Shown here: positions 58,698-64,000 of the stretch, piece after piece
How the letters are laid out: each line of letters opens with the position of its first letter
Position numbering within the stretch: the first letter of the stretch is position 1
The notes under the pieces: generated by a model
What the model saw: only the letters and a program-made list of their open reading frames with translations
Told to the model about the DNA's origin: nothing
Database searches by the model: none
Made by a program: the position numbers and the translations under genes
Assembly (NCBI GenBank): GCA_963663475.2
Contig: CAXXJV010000001.1
Span: 2,080,001-2,144,000 of the forward strand
Direction of reading: 5' to 3'
DNA from: Candidatus Cloacimonadales bacterium
GTDB taxonomy: Bacteria; Cloacimonadota; Cloacimonadia; Cloacimonadales; JAFGVF01
DNA length: 64,000 nt

Positions 58698-60482
58698 GTG
58701 ATGAGTCATTACTTAACAAATAAGTTTAATCTACAAGTAAACAGACTTATATTGATTTGTCTTTTTATACTTCCTTTTAAGTTGTTTGCAGATGACATTA
58801 AAGTTGTTTCTTCTGTATCGGCTGATAAAATTGGTATTGAAGATTCTTTTACTTATACAATAAGTGTTGAAACAAGTTCAAACCAGCAGCTAGATGTTGA
58901 TGTGAAATTTGATAATTTCCCAGCTGATTATTTAAGACCGAGCATTTCTACATCTATGTCCACATCATTCATTAATGGAAAGATGTCATCATCTCGGACC
59001 CAATCTCATAAATATACTGTTTATCCTCGATCAGAAGGAATATTAAAAATTCCTCAAGTAAAAGTGATAGTAAATGGTAAAAGTTACACAAGTCAAAGTC
59101 ATACCATAGAAGTTGTTGCTGGATCATTAAGAGCTAAGAATCAAGCTAGAAGCAGATCTAGATCTCCCTTTTCTTCCTTTTTTGACTCAGATTTTGATGA
59201 TTTTCCTTCTAGGGTAAGAACAGATGCTTTTGTTGAAGTTGAGCTTTCAGCTGACTCAATATATATAGGACAGGATATCATTGCAAAATACATCTTTTAC
59301 ACAAGTGATAATAGAAATAGTATAAGTTATGATATGCAAGCTTTTGATGGATATGGTTATGATAGCTCCTCAAAAGATAATGAATCTTGGGAACGAGTAA
59401 GCTATAAAGGTAAGAATTATTTTAGAATTGAAATAACAACCTTCACAATATCAGCTCAAAAATCAGGAGTAATTACTCTTCCGCTTATAACAGTAAATGA
59501 GAGTAGGTTTTTAACAAGTAATACTACCAAAAGTCCTACTAAGAAAGTCTTAGTAAAGGAACTACCAAGCAAGGGAAAGGCAATAGATTTTTCCAACGCA
59601 ATTGGGCAGTTTACTATGGAAGCCAAACTTAACCAGAATATTATGTTTGATAATCAGCAAAATCAGTTGGTCTTAACTATTAAGGGAAAGGGTAATTTTA
59701 ATAAAATTCTCTATCCGCAGGTACCTGATGTTCCTGGATTGGAAATTCTTAAACCAAAAGCAAGTTTAGATTATAAAATTTCTGGTGAAGGTACCTTAGT
59801 ATTACATTATGATATAATACCTTATGAAGCAGGCAGATTTAAAATACCTCCTATTAGTTTTAATTATTTTGATGATGAGAATCAGGCTTATAATACTCTC
59901 TATTCTGAAACTTCATATCTAACAGTTAAGAAGAAAGCAAACTCAGCTTCTAGTGAAGATAAGAATAGCTATAATGTCTTATACAGCAAAAATAAACCAT
60001 ATCTTGCAAGTATAAAGTCTGATTACCTACTAATCCACAAAAGCGCTTATTGGATTTTATTAACTTGTTTAATTTTAGCCATAATTACCTTTATTGTGAT
60101 AAATAAGATTAATCATAATAAGATGAATAACATTAACTATGTCAGGAGACGAGAGGCTATATTAATTCTCAAAAAGGCAATAAAAGAATCAGAAGAATTG
60201 GTTAAAAATAAGGATATTACCTTTTATACCAATGCCCAAAACAATCTATTGAAGTTTATAGCTAAGATTACTAGGGTTTCATTGCAGTTGTCTCAAGAGG
60301 AATTAATAGAAGAACTTAAGAAAAGCAATATTAACAACGTAACAGTTGATAAAATTAAATCTTTTCTGACCTATTGTGAGCAAATAAAATATAGACCAAA
60401 CTTTAAAAGCAGTGAAAATATGCAAAATGATTATCAGAAATTTCTAGCTATCTTTAATGAGATAAAAAATAGTCAAGGATAG
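58698..60482 (+). CDS. batD: BatD family protein
   Basis: STSFINGK, YIGQ, AIGQF, GKGN, FNYFD, C-terminal TM. Confidence 0.82.
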   Translation: MMSHYLTNKFNLQVNRLILICLFILPFKLFADDIKVVSSVSADKIGIEDSFTYTISVETSSNQQLDVDVKFDNFPADYLRPSISTSMSTSFINGKMSSSRTQSHKYTVYPRSEGILKIPQVKVIVNGKSYTSQSHTIEVVAGSLRAKNQARSRSRSPFSSFFDSDFDDFPSRVRTDAFVEVELSADSIYIGQDIIAKYIFYTSDNRNSISYDMQAFDGYGYDSSSKDNESWERVSYKGKNYFRIEITTFTISAQKSGVITLPLITVNESRFLTSNTTKSPTKKVLVKELPSKGKAIDFSNAIGQFTMEAKLNQNIMFDNQQNQLVLTIKGKGNFNKILYPQVPDVPGLEILKPKASLDYKISGEGTLVLHYDIIPYEAGRFKIPPISFNYFDDENQAYNTLYSETSYLTVKKKANSASSEDKNSYNVLYSKNKPYLASIKSDYLLIHKSAYWILLTCLILAIITFIVINKINHNKMNNINYVRRREAILILKKAIKESEELVKNKDITFYTNAQNNLLKFIAKITRVSLQLSQEELIEELKKSNINNVTVDKIKSFLTYCEQIKYRPNFKSSENMQNDYQKFLAIFNEIKNSQG

Positions 60483-60485
60483 ATT

Positions 60486-61298
60486 ATGAACAGATATTTT
60501 TCTTATAAAAACATAAAAAAGTCTACTATAGTCATGATTATAATTATTCTAGCTTCCCTACTACCTTTTAAATTGCAAGCTAATGAATTGAATCTCTTGT
60601 TTAAACAAGCTAATAACTTTTTTCAGCAAGGTAATTATTATGATGCTATCAAGATATATCAAGAATTGGAGAAAGAATCAAATGATACTAATCTCTATTA
60701 TAATATAGGTAATTGCTATTCTCAAATCAATGAACAGGGCTTTGCAGTTCTCTATTATAAAAGAGCATTAAGAATAGATTCTAGTAATTGGCAAGCTAGA
60801 AAAGCCTTAAATGAAATAGAAAATACTATTATATCTGCTACTCTTGCAGAATCATCTTTTACAAATAGACTTTTATCAGCTATCTATAATTGGTTAAGTT
60901 TAAACAGATTAGCCTTTATTGTCTTTTTACTTGTCTTGACTCTAGGTTTATTCATTTTTATATTTCTCTCACAAAAGATTTCAATCTCTATTTTTGCCAA
61001 AAGATTTTATTTAACGCTTAATATCTTTCTTCTAGCCCTATTTATTCTAATCTCAGTGAGTAAAATCTATGAATATGCTTCTAATCAGCAGGTAGTTATT
61101 GTTAAAAATAACACCCGAATTAATAAAGATGAGGATGGAAGAATCTATTCTACTAACAAGAAGCTGCAAGCTGGATTAAGCTTGAAATTTGTTGACTCAT
61201 TAGAAGATAGAAAGAGTGGTTATTCACTCTTAGCCTTGCCTAATGGAGAATTAGTTGTTATCGAAAACCAGGCTTTTGAACATGTATTAGTTAAGTAA
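60486..61298 (+). CDS. batE: BatE, TPR protein
   Basis: QANNFFQQGNYYDAI, YYNIGN, AVLYYKRALR, two TMs. Confidence 0.8.
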   Translation: MNRYFSYKNIKKSTIVMIIIILASLLPFKLQANELNLLFKQANNFFQQGNYYDAIKIYQELEKESNDTNLYYNIGNCYSQINEQGFAVLYYKRALRIDSSNWQARKALNEIENTIISATLAESSFTNRLLSAIYNWLSLNRLAFIVFLLVLTLGLFIFIFLSQKISISIFAKRFYLTLNIFLLALFILISVSKIYEYASNQQVVIVKNNTRINKDEDGRIYSTNKKLQAGLSLKFVDSLEDRKSGYSLLALPNGELVVIENQAFEHVLVK

Positions 61299-61310
61299 GA
61301 TTTTTTAGCT

Positions 61311-61412
61311 AAATTCTGTAAGCTATTTTGCTAGAATAATCTGCACTCTTCACCTGTGATACCTAGCTTTTGCCAAGTATTACTAAAGCTCTACTATACT
61401 ATCTGGGTTTAA
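61311..61412. repeat. MITE-like repeat, inverted copy of the left half of 26317-26517
   Basis: Reverse complement TTAAACCCAGATAGTATAGTAGAGCTTTAGTAATACTTGGCAAAAGCTAGGTATCACAGGTGAAGAGTGC... Confidence 0.8.
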
Positions 61413-61495
61413 TAGGCAGGGTTCGGTAGACCCTGTATATATTAGTCAAAGCTTTATCTTAACCCTGTAAGGGCGAAATTATTATTTTTTTTCGC

Positions 61496-61626
61496 CCGAA
61501 GTCCCTTACCTACGCTTGAGGAAGACCAGTCTTATCAATACCCTTATCATCCCTAATCCTTCCTTTACAGTCTTTCGATAAAAGTCAGGATTTCATCGAA
61601 AGACTGTAAAGAAAGGATTAAGGATG
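61496..61626. repeat. REP-like motif plus second copy of the long palindrome
   Basis: CCGAAGTCCCTTACCTACGCTTGAGGAA then the reverse complement of 27291-27388 with a few substitutions. Confidence 0.9.
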
Positions 61627-61682
61627 CAATAGTCTATATTATGAGTTTATCCCAGACTTATCTTAGCCCTGGAAGGACTACA

Positions 61683-61738
61683 TTATCCCAAAATAATGCA
61701 ATATATCTTTGAGAATAGCAGAATATTCTTTTGCAAAA
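61683..61738. repeat. Partial MITE-like repeat end
   Basis: TTATCCCAAAATAATGCAATATATCTTTGAGAATAGCAGAATATTCTTTTGCAAAA. Confidence 0.7.
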
Positions 61739-61827
61739 AAGGACCATTTTGAAAAAAATGGACCCTTAAAGATTATGAGGGCTTGTTAAAAAACTTCAAG
61801 AAAATCTAAGAAAAGGAGGATAAAGCA

Positions 61828-62280
61828 ATGGTTGTTATTGAATTTAAAATACCACATGGATTAAAAGCCAAAGCTAGAAGAGATGGATATTCTCTAGTAA
61901 AATATTCAAATCAGCCATTTTATCACCTCCGAAAAAAGAATTCTCCTAAAATAGGGAAAAATCATCATAAGTTCGGCAATACCATGCAAGAACTAAAAAT
62001 ATCTTATCGAAAGCTTAATGATGCTGAAAAGCAAGCACTGAAAAAAAGGAGAAAAAAGGAAGGAAGTACTAAGTCAGACTGGATTCAATTTGTTAGAGAA
62101 TATTATAGAGGGATTAGTCGTCAAGCTCTTAAAGAAAAAAGACACGTAAAATCTCAAAACAAGAAAGATAAAGTTAACAAGCCACAAAATGGAAGTGAAA
62201 GTAAGAATTTAAGAGAAAAACATTTTATATTCGTCCGAAGTCCCTTGCCTAGGGCTGAGGAACTCCGGTCTCCAACTTAG
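61828..62280 (+). CDS. Highly basic hypothetical protein
   Basis: GGGAG RBS, 150 aa, K/R-rich; last codons lie within the REP-like repeat. Confidence 0.6.
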   Translation: MVVIEFKIPHGLKAKARRDGYSLVKYSNQPFYHLRKKNSPKIGKNHHKFGNTMQELKISYRKLNDAEKQALKKRRKKEGSTKSDWIQFVREYYRGISRQALKEKRHVKSQNKKDKVNKPQNGSESKNLREKHFIFVRSPLPRAEELRSPT

Positions 62281-62680
62281 CGACTTCCGACAACTTATAT
62301 TCGTCCGAAGTCCCTTGCCTACGGCTGAGGAAGTCTGGTCTGCGCCAGTCTCTCTATCTCGCCGTCTCCCCATCTTTGAATCAAAAAAAAAGCGAAAATC
62401 TTTTTCCTTTGTGTCTTCGTGCCTTTGTGGTGAATCTCTTTCTACTCTGCCCGCCTTAAGCCACTACTTGGTATTAATCCCTTGCCTAGGGCTGAGGAAG
62501 TCTGGTCTGCGCCAGTCTCTCTATCTCGCCGTCTCCCCATCTTTGAACCAAAAAAAAGGCGAAAATCTTTTTCCTTTGTGTCTTCGTGCCTTTGTGGTGA
62601 ATCTCTTTCTACTCTGCCCGCCTTAAGCCACTACTTGGTATTAATCCCTTGCCTACGGCTGAGGAAGTCTGGTCTCCAAC
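62225..62680. repeat. Array of four REP-like cores including a 167-bp tandem duplication
   Basis: TCCCTTGCCTASGGCTGAGGAA at 62241, 62311, 62478, 62645 (periods 70, 167, 167); the two 167-bp units are near identical. Confidence 0.93.
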
Positions 62681-62771
62681 TGAGTCTCCAACTTTTGGGT
62701 TAAAAGTTAATTAACTTCTTGACATATAGTATTGAAATTAAAATCATATAAAAAAAAATTCTGGGGTAATT

Positions 62772-64000
62772 ATGTTTGGAAATATTAAAAGTTATTATTG
62801 GTTGCTGATAATTGTATTATTACTTGTGGGATGTTCTAAAGAGCAAGAAAAAAAAGAAGAAAGAGTTGAGAAAATTAAATCTGATAAACAAGTTATTAAT
62901 CCACTTATGGAGCATAGCTCTCTGGGTACTAGCCTGAGGTCTGAATCACCAAGATATGAGCCAGAAGTAGAGTTTGAAGACCATAACTCATCAGCAAGTC
63001 AAGCAGTTGTTTATAGTAAGTTAAATTCCTGGAATAAGCAAAGAGATTACTATGAGATAGCTTTTAATGAAGACTTATTAGAAAATGTTTTATCTGGAAA
63101 CCTATTTAAATATATCAAGCTAAGTCCTAAAATTCCAGGAGTGTTTGAGAAAATTGATAGCAAAATAATCAGATTTTACCCTGATGATAGATTTGAAGGA
63201 GATACAGAATATAAGGTTGAGCTAAATCAAAGTGGACTCTTTGGAAAAGAAATGGCTACAGTCGAGATGTCTTTTTTCAATGACTCCCCGATTTTAAAAA
63301 TGGGACAAGTTTCTCTCTATAGTCTAGATCAAGATAATACATACTATTTAAAATTTAATATTCATCAATACAGGGGAAGTTACCTTGAAGAAGATTATAA
63401 GAATGAGCTTATGATCAATGTAGGTAATCAGAAAGTACTAGTAGCTAATGTAGAAGCTGAAGCTAATGGTCAGATGAATATTACTAGTAAGAAGTTTACA
63501 GCTTCTGGAAGAGCAAGAATACTTATTAGACCAAAAACCAAACTCTTTAACTCCCAGAGTGAAAAGGAACTATATTATTCTAACACAATAGAAGAGTTAT
63601 TAAAATTTAATATTAATAATATTGATACTATCACTGATAATCAAGGGCAGGCTAGAATAGAAATTACCTTTTCTAAAAACCTTGATACTAATCAATCATT
63701 AGCTGCTTATCTTTTCCTTGATGGACAAGAGTTTGCTAGTTCTGACATTTCCAAATTCTTCAATAAAGTTATTTTAACAGGGGATTTTATTTTAGGACAA
63801 GACTATAAGCTTGATATTAAAGCTGGAATCAGAGCATTCGATAATTCTGTTTTAAAAAAGGACATTAATAAAAAGTTAACGACCTATAACAGAGAAAGAC
63901 AACTAGAATTTGTAGATAAAGGTATTTTCTTATCAAGAAAAAATAATAATTCTACTAATATCAAGGTTATTAACTACTCAGAATTTACCTATGAGTTGTG
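62772..64000 (+). CDS. Large lipoprotein, alpha-2-macroglobulin family N-terminal part (runs off window)
   Basis: Manual translation MFGNIKSYYWLLIIVLLLVGC (lipobox), LSPKIPG...IRFYP...TEYKV, LEFVDKGIFL...IKVIN; no stop seen before the window end. Confidence 0.7.
   Translation, partial: MFGNIKSYYWLLIIVLLLVGCSKEQEKKEERVEKIKSDKQVINPLMEHSSLGTSLRSESPRYEPEVEFEDHNSSASQAVVYSKLNSWNKQRDYYEIAFNEDLLENVLSGNLFKYIKLSPKIPGVFEKIDSKIIRFYPDDRFEGDTEYKVELNQSGLFGKEMATVEMSFFNDSPILKMGQVSLYSLDQDNTYYLKFNIHQYRGSYLEEDYKNELMINVGNQKVLVANVEAEANGQMNITSKKFTASGRARILIRPKTKLFNSQSEKELYYSNTIEELLKFNINNIDTITDNQGQARIEITFSKNLDTNQSLAAYLFLDGQEFASSDISKFFNKVILTGDFILGQDYKLDIKAGIRAFDNSVLKKDINKKLTTYNRERQLEFVDKGIFLSRKNNNSTNIKVINYSEFTYEL

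Noticed and set aside
62225-62680. CRISPR array
   Set aside because: Intervals are irregular (70, 167, 167 bp), the two long spacers are copies of each other, and no cas genes are present.
62315-62703. Two similar ORFs 62315-62626 and 62482-62703
   Set aside because: They are translations of the 167-bp repeat with TTG starts and no RBS.

Overview
AT-rich chromosomal window from an anaerobic diderm bacterium, probably Candidatus Cloacimonadota. That assignment is inferred from a FlgD-Ig/T9SS-like C-terminal sorting domain protein, LPS genes, amino-acid fermentation genes and a Bat operon. Most of the window is housekeeping: umuDC, xerD, guaB, panCD, murJ, waaA, three tRNA-Asp, a MarR-CDF pair, iorAB/tnaA, valS, three tRNA-Asn, a long der-plsY-purF-rfaE-folB-folK/glmU-rsfS-argS run, moxR-batABCDE and a partial alpha-2-macroglobulin-like lipoprotein. 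The accessory part (about 27.3-36.7 kb) is a decayed prophage. Its head-morphogenesis gene has two frameshifts and its M15 peptidase gene is split by an intact IS21. It still carries intact cargo: two related TM-anchored proteins, a GHKL ATPase fused to a PD-(D/E)XK nuclease, and a HEPN-motif protein. The nuclease/HEPN pair is the best candidate here for an undescribed anti-phage system. Intergenic regions hold several dispersed repeat families: a MITE-like family with about 10 copies, a perfect 37-bp-arm palindrome in two copies, a REP-like hairpin and a 167-bp tandem duplication. Unusual core genes include an in-frame FolK-GlmU fusion and an ArgRS with a non-canonical HIGH motif and a histone-H1-like tail. 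All calls come from motif reading by eye; no searches were run.
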